64,000 bases of DNA, taken from Amphiscolops sp. MND2022. Lineage: Eukaryota. Under the pieces are notes generated by a model, which saw only the letters and a program-made list of their open reading frames with translations, did no database searches and was not told the DNA's origin. Positions 12,400-25,400 of the stretch are shown here, in pieces; positions within the stretch are counted from its first letter, which is position 1, and each line of letters starts with the position of its first letter. Position numbers and translations under genes: made by a program. The stretch is taken from positions 27,344,001 to 27,408,000 of the forward strand of contig OZ076409.1 in assembly GCA_964187785.1 (NCBI GenBank), given 5' to 3'.

Positions 12400-13210
12400 T
12401 TTGAGCCTTTTTTCTCACAAAAAGCTCAAAAATTGTTTCCGAATTTCAAGAAAAGCTGCATAAGCTGGAAATACAACTTTTAGGCTTTTCTACAGTTTGG
12501 GTGCAAGATAAAGCATGTTTTTCAAATCGAAAACTGCACTTATCTCTTCAAAAAGACTACTGGACAAAAAAGTCAGGAGTTTCTGAACTGAATAAGAGTT
12601 TTACTTTATTAAAACAATTATAATTTAACAAAAACTGCCTAGAATTTTTTTAATTCAACTTTTTTTGACAGTTTTAGGGTCAATGTGGCAATATTTCTTG
12701 CAAAACGGCATCTAACTCTCCAAATGACACTAATGGACAACGAGTTCATTCGTTGTTGAACGTTTTCAAGGTTCTGATCCACTAAATTTCTTGAAAATTT
12801 GACAAAAAAAGCATTGAAGCGTGAAAAGTCAGTAAATTTTGGAATTTTTGTCATATTCGGCCGCAATTTGAACCTTTTATTCTTTAGAAAACTGCATTCA
12901 TTTCTGGACACAATTTTCCCGGAAAATAATTTCTTTGCTTCTTGAACGTTTTCGACATTCTAAATCAACAAGTTGTTCAAAAACTTGACAAAAATGGCAA
13001 AAAACGTTAAAAGTTTAAACTTTTTGGAGTTTTTCTCAGACTCGGTCTAAATCTGAGGGTTTTTTAAAAACAAAAATTGATTTATTTCCCCAACGAAGAC
13101 TTTAGGACATCAATTTTTGTCCTGATGAACGTTTTAAACAATCTAAGCCAGAGCAATTTTGAAGTGAAAAAAGTGTTTTTGAGTCTTTTTTGTTTTCGGA
13201 CATTTCGACA
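12400..13210 (+). repeat. Degenerate tandem units of a dispersed AT-rich repeat related to 51290-51975
   Basis: Recurrent motifs aaagactactggacaa, ttgaacgttttc.acattctaa and aaatttgacaaaaa..gcat are shared with the array at 51.3-52.0 kb. Confidence 0.6.
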
Positions 13211-16200
13211 CTTTGCTAAACACTAAACCTCGGATAAACGTGGGATATGATAGACCTCGTACCTTATGCAAATGTCTTAGTGTTGCTTACTGTTAATTTT
13301 GTTTCTTTCGTTAACCTTCAAAAAGTGTTCAGAAATTGCTTCGAAATTCCAAAATTTCAAAAACATTTCAAATCATTCGTCAGTAATTTCACAATTTTTG
13401 AACAATAACATAGGAACTCTCCCAATATTTTATTCTTTGAAAGTTCAAACACTACCCCAAAATACTTCACAAATAGTCAAAGTTGAACTTTGGAGAATTT
13501 GGCACTTTTTGTCTCTTTTTGGTGGCATTTCCGGGGAAAATTTTTCCAAAAAGTTGAAATACTTCAGTTCATGCTTATTTCGGGTATGAAATTGGAACAC
13601 GACTGTTACGAGTTGTACATGGGTCGTTATTTTGAATACTATTTATTCTAACTGATTTGGTAGTCGTGTAAAAACTTCTCGTTTGGCTTTCGAGAGTAGT
13701 TTAACTTCTTTGTTAACACATTCCCCTGTTTTAGTACTCAACATTTCAAGAAGTTATCGCTGAGACTCTTCTAGCAAATTCTTGATCTCGAAAGGTCTTT
13801 CCTCCTTTAAAGAAGTTCTTAGACTTTCGAAAGAACTATTTCCAACTCTTGGAGATTTGGAACAGGAATAACCCGCTCTCGAGACGTCTTTATCTACCGG
13901 ACCTTCACTTTTAACTACGATTGGAGATACCAAACTTTAATCTACAATTTCGTTGCTCTCTTGAAAAATATTCCTTCTGTTTTGACTTTTGTAGACATCT
14001 TTGGAAGAAAGTTTCGAGTTTGGAATTTGAAATGATTTTTGAGAGAAAATTGTTCAACTGAACAAAGTTGTGCAGATTATAAGACTACAAAAAGGAACGA
14101 AACTTTTACAAAAATGGGCCGTAATTATACCCTTCTAGCATCGTTTGTTCGGAATAGCGTACCTATATTTTCCTCGAACAATTAGTCTTTTCCTGTTTTT
14201 CCGGGGTAAACTTCATCCAAAACCCCAAGCTTACGTCGACATTTCGTCAAATTGCAAGACACGAAGATCTTAATCTAGTATTAGTCATCAAATAAGATCA
14301 TATCATTTCTTTCCGGCGTCTTTTTATTTCCTCCCAAGCTGGAAGTAGATATTACTTCAAACTGTCAAACCGGAAATGCTTCCCTGTTTTGCAGCTGTGG
14401 TTAGCGGGAAAATTGACTGGGAGATGAAGCTGATGTGAAGAACTAATACCTGACTTTGAATTTCAACTTGAAAATTTTAGTGACTATTCCTTGAAAATGT
14501 TGATTTGGAATGATGCTAGGGAAGGGAAAATTCAGCAGTATAGCTAAAATTGCAATTACTTTTCAACTGCAATTTAATGTTTTAGTACAAATGATTAGAT
14601 GAACGTCCTTGCCACGTTAAATGGGCGAAACAATTATGAACGCAAAATTACAGAACAGTGTTACTGCATCAACATCAACCATCAACATACATGGATAAGA
14701 TATACATGTGTATTAGCAACAGGCAACGAACGGGATTTAATAATTAGTGAGACAAAACAATTTTTGATTTCAAAATACTTAGCAATGTAGTAGAAACTGA
14801 TTACGTCGTACCGACGTCAATTTGAACAAATAGTTGAACAAGTTAGAGATAAACCAGAGTATGACAGTATAAACAAACAAAAAGATCTCCAAGATATAAA
14901 ATCCATTCATTCAGATGCGTTAGGGAAAAAACTGTGACTTTCATGTACAAATCTTTGAGATATCCTAATCTAAGATACAATTACGAAAATTGTTCCTATC
15001 CCGTTTACTTTCAATCTCATTTCTCACGAAGGAAACTATACATTATATTATTGACTCTTTCCTTCATTTGTTAATAGATGGTATATTCAAACGTAGAATA
15101 AAACTGAATTTTGCTAAAGAATTTTCGCCAAAACGATGTTTTCTTGAGGTTAATTTGGACCAGGATGCATAGGTTTATAAATAGAGGACGTAGCGTGGAC
15201 CTAGCGTGGACGTAAATTTGATGCTAGGCCTAGCTGGCCATTGGAGACGACGTAGTGTGGAAGTAAATTCAGAGTCAGACTTCGGCTAGTTTGCTAGGCA
15301 GTGACGTCATTAGGACGTGGCTTTGATTTTACTAGTTAGCTGCTACGATATTGTCACGTCATAGACAAATAACAAAATCAGTCGGTGTAACTATTTGTTT
15401 ACTTAACGACGTAATATCGTCCTACTTTGCATTAAATGCGTTCCTAAGCGCAATTAAGTTGCTTATCTCAGAATAGGCGTAAAGCTTTGTTCTCTAAACA
15501 TCAAATGTAATATTCATTTTAGAATTAGCTATGAGTTTGCGAATCTTAATTCAAATAACATTTCAGGTGGAGAATGCATTTGGACATGACGCGGCTTGAA
15601 CGTCTTAGGGGAAATGTGTGAACTTATTTTGGTCTGCTCATTTTAGACTTTAGTTTTCATTTTAGAGTGTTTAGAATTTGGTTGCTGTTTTCCTCTTAAG
15701 TCACAGTTTGTTTTTGTTAGAGTAGTTTGTGAGTTTAACAGTACCAACTCGTCGATCTTGATGTGCACCCGTGGACTCTTTCCAAGCTGATTGTCCCATT
15801 GTCCTGCAATTACATCCCAGACCGGGCGCGGGCTGCAACAATGACCCATTTTGAAGAAAAAAACGTTGCTCACTTAATATTTTTTTCCGTACGGAATTAG
15901 GGGCGGAACTTTGGCTGCAGTTTCCAATAGGTTTCCGGTGAAAAACCTTTGACCTGTCTTTGACGGAATCAAGGGAAATAAGCTGGAACTGCATTAGTCA
16001 TCACACTTTCTAAGGCTTACAAATACTTCAAATTTTTCATGGAATTGTTTCTGAAAAAATATCAATTATCTCACGCTTCCGAAGGAGAGAGGGCCCTTTA
16101 ACCTTGGAAAAACATTTTAGCTTAGCAATTTGAATAGAAATGTCAAAATTGGAGGGAGGGCTTTGAACGTTTTGACCCTTTTTAAATAATAGTCTTTCAG

Positions 16201-16851
16201 AACTTTTTGTGGAACATTTTTGGCCATTTTGACAAGAAATTGAAGAGAAAAACAGCCGAGAAGTCACTGTAATAGTTGCGTGTTTTATTTCATAAAGCGC
16301 CGACTAATAATTACACCTCCTTCATAATGAACTTCGAACACGTGTGTTAGTTCTGGATTGTGAGCTATGCTAGACGCAGAATGTAAAATTATTCAACTGG
16401 TTTCGTTTTATTTTCTTTCTCCGAAAATTTGAACATAATAAAAATAATCAGAACACCTACCTCTTTTCACATCATGAAACTCGACCCAAATTTCAAGTTT
16501 ATTGACATTATTCTTTAAAAGTTCACGGTTTCTTAGTTAGATTTGCACACACCAGTTTGAGTGCGAGACTCTTTCTCTTTTTGAACCACACTAAGTTGCT
16601 GAACGAAGAGATTGAAATCTGTTCTCGGCCAATTGATTCATAAGTGCACAAGTGACAAATCATGAAAACATGACGAAATTGAGAAACACGCACAAGACTA
16701 ACACGCATTAAAACCATCAAAAGAAACTACACATTTTATCGAGTTTATCAAAGTGATCAGGTCAACACCGGAGAGATTAAAGACTGGGTGAGTTTGATCA
16801 GTATTGCTTCCGTACGTGTGCGCTGGAGTTTCATTATTTCACTATAGTAAC

Positions 16852-16952
16852 TATAGACCTTTCAAAGAGTTCGCGACCGAAACCCCAATACGACATGCAA
16901 CCTCATATTGTGACTGGTACCTAGTCTCGCGAACTTCTTGAAACGGTCTATA
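16852..16952. mobile_element. ~100-bp MITE with ~26-bp imperfect TIRs and TA ends
   Basis: tatagacctttcaaagagttcgcga ... tcgcgaacttcttgaaacggtctata. Confidence 0.7.
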
Positions 16953-16955
16953 TAC

Positions 16956-17328
16956 TACTAGGTGAACCAAAAAACGGAACGCATAGAAATTTAATATTCT
17001 CAAATTTTGACTTTTGAAATATTTGTCAACAGACTTTCAGAACAACTTTGAACGCAGTTGCCAATCATTAGAATCAGCTACTTTTCTCAGAAGCGAAAAA
17101 TTTTTCACTTAAGAATTTGGAAAAGTGAAAACAGTTGGAAAAGAAGTGACTGGTCAAGACTTAGACTCTTTCTGATGATTCAAACCATCTTTTGCTGGAG
17201 ATGTGATTACTTAATATGAAAATTAATCAAAACAATTGATAGAAAAGGTTTTCAGTATCATGTTTTCAAACAAAACGATTTTGAAGACGCAAAAATTTGT
17301 GCGTTCCGTTTTTTTAAGTCGCCCGGTA
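16956..17328. mobile_element. Tc1/mariner-like MITE
   Basis: TIRs tactaggtgaaccaaaaaacggaacgca / tgcgttccgtttttttaagtcgcccggta, bounded by TA. Confidence 0.65.
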
Positions 17329-19341
17329 TTTCTTCAAACTGAAAATCAAATATGAGTAAACAAAACAAAAATTTGTGTCAGGACGATGGATGAGTCTGAA
17401 TTGAACTCGAAAAAGTGCCAAACGTGTTTTCAAAATGCCCCTGATCAAAAAGTGGATTTTGTTGGAAGATTTCATGATTTAAGTTCAAAGTACCTGTCAA
17501 TTCTGTCTGATGCGAAATCTGTCTGATCTTCGACACTGATGTTGTCTCAAATGGTTGACAAGCGACAAAAGGAAACTCTGAAAATGTTTGACATCCTGTT
17601 GACAAATATTCACGTTGTGATTTTGCTAAAAAAGTATCTTCGATTTTAAAAATTTGTTCATCAGAGTGCTGATGTTTGTAGTCCAATCACGTTTTGGTTG
17701 ATAAGTTATGAAATCTTGTGTTTTGGTTACAAAGTTTGAAAATGGTTTATCATCCTCACTCTGGAGCGATGGTTATGTTCCCTAGAAGTTTACCAAAAGT
17801 CAATGTCTGGAATGTTTCAAAAAAATGAACAAAAAACAATTAGTTTTTTCATCGCGTATTCAACTGAAGTTTAGGTAAAAATTACCTTTATTGAAGAAGA
17901 AAATTGTATGAATTCCTAACTTGTGGCAGAGCATGAGAAATTTCATGAAAATTCAATTCTGGGGAAAGTTGCTAACCAGAAAGATACCAAGCAAAAATAT
18001 TACACCAATATAGAATATAAAGTTTAATATCGTTGTAACCAACATCGAAAACCTGTCAATAATGATATAAAATGAGAGTTGATATCAAACTGTAATAGAA
18101 TCAAAAACAATGACCTTATTTTTTGTTAAATGTTTTATTTCTGAAGAGTTACGCCAAAAATTGGCTTCGAAAGATGAGTCTTTTTGAATTAGCATCGGTG
18201 TTTTTTCTTTATGGCGGTTGTATGATAAAAAGTATTTCGTCTGTGTCTTCCGCATGCTTTTGTTTCTGGACAAATAGTAGAACAAAGTTATCGCTGCTTT
18301 CATCATAGCACTTTCGGCCTTTAAAAGCAAAATCGAACTCATAAAAATCGAGCTAGAATCATGCAAACTGAGTTTCCTAAACTTTTGAAATTACAAACGT
18401 TCAGGAACTAATTTGAGGAACAGCTAAGCCATCGTATTCATCAACGTTATCGAAATTTCGTCAATTTTCTTCTTGAACAAGTTTTGCAACTTAAACGTTG
18501 AAGTTTATGACGTCATTTTTATGTGATATACTCCTTCATTTTGCGTTTTGGAAACTATATCGGAAGGAAAACCTTCAAAGAATTTTGAACTCAAACTATA
18601 GATAATTTTGATCATACCATTTGATTCTTCAATAAAAATCAAAAACAACGTTAATAATACTGCCATTTCAAGCCCCTTTTATTTGAAGACATAATTTCTA
18701 AAATTGAACATTAAATTGGTGTCACATTGATTTTACTCAGTGACTGTCATGGTTGGACATCTCCCGAATTCCAAACTAAATTGTCCATATTTGAACCCTT
18801 ATTGATCAAACATCTAGCATCGGGCATAATTATCAACGGAAGTTCTCAAATCTCAGCACCGAATAATTATTGACCTTACTCAACTGAAAGGTTTCTTTCT
18901 TGCCAAAGTTACAAACAACAACCCATTATTACGCAACTAAAGTCAACTATTCTGTTTGCTAACTTTTGTTTCGCGTTTACTCAAACTAGTTTCAGTTTGG
19001 AGGTTTCAGCAGTCAGATCCAACCTATCTTATTACATATCCCATTGCTGTATGTCCAAGTTGCACCAAGTTTCAGTGACTTGAAGTTTACAATTTGAAGC
19101 TTTACGTCAAGAAACATCCAAGCACAAACTCACACCGATAATTGCTGATTCATTTTATGAGGTGGAATTAGAATTCAAACGAGGAGCGCCAACCTTAATT
19201 TGCATATTCAACTTACCATTCCAAACGTCTGCTGAGTCGTGCCACCACGTGGTGTGTTTGAATTAAAACATCATAACATCTTATTTTACAGGCCAAACTC
19301 AGAGCTTCAAACTCGAGCTGAAAAGTTGGCATATTTGCAAA

Positions 19342-19458
19342 ATGTCGGAGCTTAAGTGTACCATCATCAGCGCTAAGAACTTACCCAGCAAAGAGCGCTT
19401 CGGCAAAAGTGACCCCTACGTGTTGGTTGAATGCGCAAATCAAGAAAAGAAAACCAAG
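19342..19458 (+). CDS. Coding exon 1: start of C2 domain
   Basis: MSELKCTIISAKNLPSKERFGKSDPYVLVECANQEKKTK (A.NL...SDPYV C2 signature); ATG in AAAATG context; donor AAG/GTGAGA. Confidence 0.92.
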
Positions 19459-22400
19459 GTGAGATGTCTTTTTATCGTTTATTATCTTACAAATCTTTCC
19501 AAGATCTTTACAGGCCCTTGCAGTATCTGGCAACAACTTGGTGGATCTCTTCGCAGTTTCGAAATTTTAGCTCAAATCTAAGCTTGATATAAATTACACA
19601 GGTTTACAGGTCATGGTTTTCCATGCATGATTCATGGGTAGGTTATGCCGAGAATCATTCCATGGATGAATGATCATGGATGAAAAGCCACGATGCCATG
19701 GATGATCATGGATAAAAAACCATGATGCCGTGGACGAAAACCCATGAATTTAATCATTAAAATGCTTCAACTTCAGTTCATTTTGGTATTAGTGATAGTC
19801 ACCACTGGCACAGAATATTGGTGGACTGAAATTAGTTGTTCCTCGTCTAAAAGTGAGATATGCTGATTCATTTCAAACTCTGTTTCATATAACAACAACG
19901 TTGTGAATCTATTTTATTTCAAAACACTTTTTGGATGTTTTCTAAATTTTTGTAGGTTTTAAATGGGGAGACAGAAATTTCGTCGCCAGAAACTTCGTCG
20001 TCAGAAATTTCGTCGTATTGATTAAAGTTAACAGCGTTCACGAAAAGATATCATTTGAATTATTCAATTATTTAATGATTAAAACGAGGTTTCAAGAACA
20101 AGTTTCATTTTGACACTAAAATTGAGTCAAAACGTTAATTGCGTTCAATCAACTCATGAAGACGCTTATTGAGAAATGGTATATTTTCAGTCCTGAACAA
20201 TTTTACCGGTGTGCATTCATTTCACCCAAGTGAAAAAGTGGAACGCGAAAAAACTTTTAATTTATGGCGGAGAAGATTTGCATTTAAATCGGGGCTTTAC
20301 TGTACAATTTAAGCTTGTTCCAGGGGGTTACAAGACAAAAGCGCACCAGACAAAAGCGGCCCAGTCAAAAACGCCCAAAAGACACAGTCAAAAGCACCCA
20401 AAAGCAGTCATAAGCGCCCGAATCAGAGACCAATCAAAGGATTTGCTGACTCTTTTCCACCACCAATAATACGTCCTCTCTCCAAATAAATAATTATAAG
20501 TATTTCATCTCACAAAGTGATTCATTAACAAATTGATATAGTTTGTGCGAAATTGCCAAAATTAGCAGTTTAAATTATTTTCAATTGAGATTTGTTAGGT
20601 GTGAAAATGTCCAATCCGGCAATTACCAGAGGGTTAATCTTGTCTTTGAACACCTTCTATTAAGTTTAATTAGAGGCGGTGAAATCAACTATGAAATTAG
20701 TAAGACGTATTGCATTGCGGTGCTTATGACTGTGTAAATTGGGCGCATTTGACTGGGGCGCTTTTGTCTGTACACGGTCCCAGGGGTGTGAAATTTTGCT
20801 TTTTTGTCAAAAAAATATCAAGAAATCCGGGTAATTTTTGCTTCAAGTGTCGAATCAACAATCAACGTCGTGTTTGGAGGGAGGATAAGGAAACAAGGTG
20901 TATGTGAGGTGGGAGGGATAAGGATCATAGTCCGAAACTTTCTCTTTCAAAACCATAACTAAAAGTAGTCAATGATAACAATAATTGCAGAATTAACGAT
21001 AATTATTTGGATAATCAACAAGACTCGATAATTAATAATAAACGATTCCTAATAGATTATATGAAATGCAGCGTTTTATAGAACGTAATTACCGACGGCG
21101 AACTTTCTGACGATTGGTTTTTGCTGAAATGCATAATCTATCACAAACTTGTCAAAAGCTTCCATTGTTAACAAAACATTCAGCTATCGGTAATGGTTCT
21201 TCATGGATGAATCATGGGTTTTCATCTTAGCCTTGATCATGGTTGATTAGCCATGAAAACGAGAACCTTGATAGAAAACGTATACGTTCACTTTTGTATG
21301 ATGTTTCTGTTTGATAACTGAAAAGACTGACATTTCGATTTTTGTACGCTGACAACCGGGTGATTTTTTGAACTTTATGAGAAGCACACTCAAAGTAATC
21401 TGGGCCATTTGGCGAGGTTTGCTTAGAACTTATGCAGACATTTTAACATCAAGGCAGTGAGAGGACAACTTTGGATCTCTAAGTATCTTCTATACTCTTC
21501 CCATTACGCTAGCGTGCAAGAAAAAATCAACAAGAAGTATTATTTTGATTCTGCGAAAGTTTGAAAAGTCATGACGTCCCTGAAAAAAATGAGAAGTTTC
21601 TTTTCACAAGTGAACAATTAAACACAGACATAAAAAACCTTGAAATACTCAAGCACAATAGACTTTTCGAACTTTTTGTGCAAAATTTGTTCTTCTTTTG
21701 GCTGCTTGGTGGGTAATACAATTCGAACATTTCGAAAACAACAGAAGCACAAACTTAGCACACTTTCAAGAGAGAATTCTGAGGTTTATTATGAAAAAAC
21801 CTTGTATATTTCAAAAAAAAACTGAATTCTAACAACGGTCTTTCTCGAAAACTTTGTCTTTTCTATAATGTGCTTGCACGTTTCGTGGGAATTGTCATTC
21901 ACAGTGCTAAAAAACAAAAACTAAGTATACCGTTTTGGATAAACAATTAGTTTTTTTTTTCAATTGAAAATTTGCATGAAATGCATCAAAAGGTTCCATT
22001 TTTCATCAAAAGGTTTTCATTTTCCGACTATTTAAAACAACTTTTGTCTAACTTTCGGATCCTTTGGCGAAGATGAAAATAGAAACCTACCAAGCGTTGA
22101 AAATGAAATTAAAATTGTAAGATGTTGGAATCAGTTTCGATTTCCCTCAAACCATTTTGTTGAGTTTAGTTCTCTGGTATGGCCTTGAGAAAGAGCAACA
22201 AGCAACAAGAGATCACAGATTCAAGCCAACCAACGTTTATTACTGGGATTTTGTTTATACTTTTGTATCTTGCTGAGAAGAGTAACTGGAAAAACACCGT
22301 TTTAGATGAGCATGTATACTTTTTGGCTTTTAATGTGAAGAATTGGGGAGTTGAACTTTCAATTGTGTTTTTACAAAAAGATTCTTTGTTGCAATTGCAT

Positions 22401-25400
22401 TTTTTGGACATTTTTGAAAAATAAGTATCCAGAAATTTCCATATCGAAATAGTTTGTGGCTAATCATACTTTCGTGAAGCGAACTATGCAGTTTTGTGTT
22501 CGAAAAATTATTGTGGTGACCCAAGAAATGTCAAACTTTTGCATTTTTGGTCAGGTTTTGGCAAGGATGTAAATTTTTGAAAAACTTTGTGAGTATGAGT
22601 TTCCACAGCTCCGCAGTGTTCAACAGAACATGAACAATTAGCTCTTAAACATGTTCTCGCCCAGAGGGTTTTTTTGATATAGGGATACTTTGAATCGAAA
22701 AAATTTTCATAAATCTCCAACGTTAATTCTCCACATGTCGTAGCTGAAATAGTTCTGGTTTAAAGTTTTCCCGCTGCTCAGCGGACGTCCTGTTGATATT
22801 TCTGGCTCTCAAACAAAAAAATGAAGTTTTCCGAAAGATATTTATGCTTTCAAGCCTTCGATCGTAAGCAAAACTTGCATCTTGCTTCAATTTCCAAAAA
22901 ACGAATATTCAAAACTCAAATTTTTGAAATCGCTGTCAAGTTTTCTCATTTTTGGCGATGATCACAATATTTGTGCAACTACAATTTGTTTGGTTTGAGT
23001 TTCTAGCTTTTGATTTCTGATAAATTTTCGTAAGTAGAGGAAAATGCGTTCCCCAAACAATTTCCTCGCAATGTTTTAACAAGCCGAGAACGGCCAAAGT
23101 CGGCGCCATATCTAAGACTCAAAATTGAAAAGGGCGGACCCTTCGGGCTTTGTGAAACTCCAGCTGGTTGCAAAAAATGAAAAAATGAAGGGGGACCCTT
23201 TGGGGACATGAAAAAATTTCCCGAAAAATTTTTTAAAATGAGATTTTTGAACAGTGTCCCAGTGCCGAAAAATGAAAAAGGGGGGACCCTTTGCGATTTT
23301 TTGACATCCAATGTGTTGCAATACTGCAGTTATTACTCTAACCTTTTAATCCCCCCAACGCTATTACAAACTCATTTCCGTGATATAGGCTGGAAGAATG
23401 AATCAATGGAATTTTTTTTTCAATAAAATGCGGTATATTTAATCATCTATTGAATTTTTTTCTAAGATCGCGAACTTTGGTCACAAAGCAGTAAGATGTT
23501 TTAAAGTCTACACAACTTTGATTCGCTGAAAGCAGACTCCCGTTTTTTTTGCATTTGATAAAATAGAGTTTGCCAGTTAGCCATCTACACTTCATTTGGG
23601 CTTTTTCATTGGAATGCTTTATTGCTTCACTGCTTCTTATTATTAGTGCTAGCTTTTTTGCTCATGACTTTGCCTTCAAGGGTATGCTGCGTTTCAGATT
23701 TTTATCTGCTTAATTAGGTAAACATCAATAATTTCGAAAACAGATTCTGTCTGTCAAACTGTGCGTATGATATATCTGGCACTCTTTACACTTCTGTTGC
23801 GTAGTCTCTGCATCAAGTGGCAATCTTTGCTCTTCTCGAAATCTAGAGATTGCAGAGCTAAGAGAGTTGAGCAACAGCTGTGCTGAAGCCATAAAGTAAG
23901 GAATATTCCACCAGTAGTTTGATATAGATTTTTTTGTTGAGCCAAATAGATCTTTTTCCTGAGTCATTATCTGAGTGAAATTAATGAACTTGATATACCT
24001 GCAGAAAAATATCAAAACAAAATCGGAAGAACACCATGAGAAATACAAAAAAACGAAAAGAGGTTAACATGAAAATAAAAATTGTAAAACGAAATGATTC
24101 GTCGAAATAGCCCAAACGAACTATTCAGATATGTAAAAAGCTTGAAAAGAGAAAACATCTAAATGAAAATTCCCAGGAAATTCTCTGCTGATAATTTCAG
24201 CAATTATTTATTCACTGTTTGCGATCTACAAAAAATCACTCAAGTTACCAGCAATTGTGTACATGATCAAGGGTATCAACCGCAAACGATTTTTTTCTTT
24301 CGAGTTACAAAAACTGAAATAGATTATCTAATTGCGACATTGAAAAACAAAAACTTTGTAGGATCGGACGATTTAAGAAAACCAGATTTCTATTTGAAAA
24401 TGGCATTTAATAGATGCATAGCAGAAGGCGTTTTTCCACTAGTAGCAAACTGTGTAATTGATAGGATTAATGTGAGAGTAGATGATAAACGTTCAGCTAT
24501 GAAATCAATCAATCAAACTCGGTGTCCCGCAAGGATCAGAACTAGGTCCCTTTTTATTTATTTGTATTGGTGATCTCGGTGCAGACGAAATTTGACAGAG
24601 TGAAACTATAAATTACACAGATGAAACAGTTTTGATCGAAAATCTAGACCATAAATCTGAGGATGGAAGTTTGCTTGACTGTTGGATGTCTAAAAATGGT
24701 GTAGATTGTAACTACATGGAAACTAAAATTACCGTTTTTGTGAAGAGATCAACTAAACTTTCAAACATTGTAATTGGTGGCCATGAAATTTCCTCCTGTG
24801 AAAACTACAAGTACTTGGGCTTACATATCGACGAAAAATCGAATTTTATGACATTGAAAACATTGTCTCAACGCTAGCGCAACATTGCGGCACACTTTAC
24901 AAACTGAGGAAAACACTAAACCAAGGCCACTTAAAACAGTATATTTGATCGTATGTGGAAAAATCTTTCCAAAAATTCGCCATAAAACAAGCCAAAATAA
25001 ATTTAAACAAGACGGGACCAGCCCAAATCGGGGCACCGCTCTTTTAAGTATACAAAAAGCACTATTTTTAATCTATATTAGTTTCCTTGTGTCGAAAAAT
25101 ACCCCCAAGGGGTACGCATTACACTCAACCACTTTTTCTCCAGATGAAAACAAAAAATTTCAATTTTGAAAATAGTTTTTGTCATTTTTTCAGAAAAGTC
25201 TCATAGTCTCAAAAAAGATTTCAACCCTCGAAATTACACTTTCTCGACCCAAAATTGTAAGTACTCCTTGACCAAATGATAGTTTCGGAAAAAAAACGCA
25301 CAGAGTTGAAACAAGCCGGGAACAGCCCAAGGCGGCGCCATATCTAGGGCTCAGAAATAGCAAAAGAACTTCAAAGTGTCAAGTATTCTCTTCTACATTA

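Noticed and set aside
18085..18800. Possible very old LINE RT traces
   Set aside because: Motif matches too weak and inconsistent in strand to support a call.
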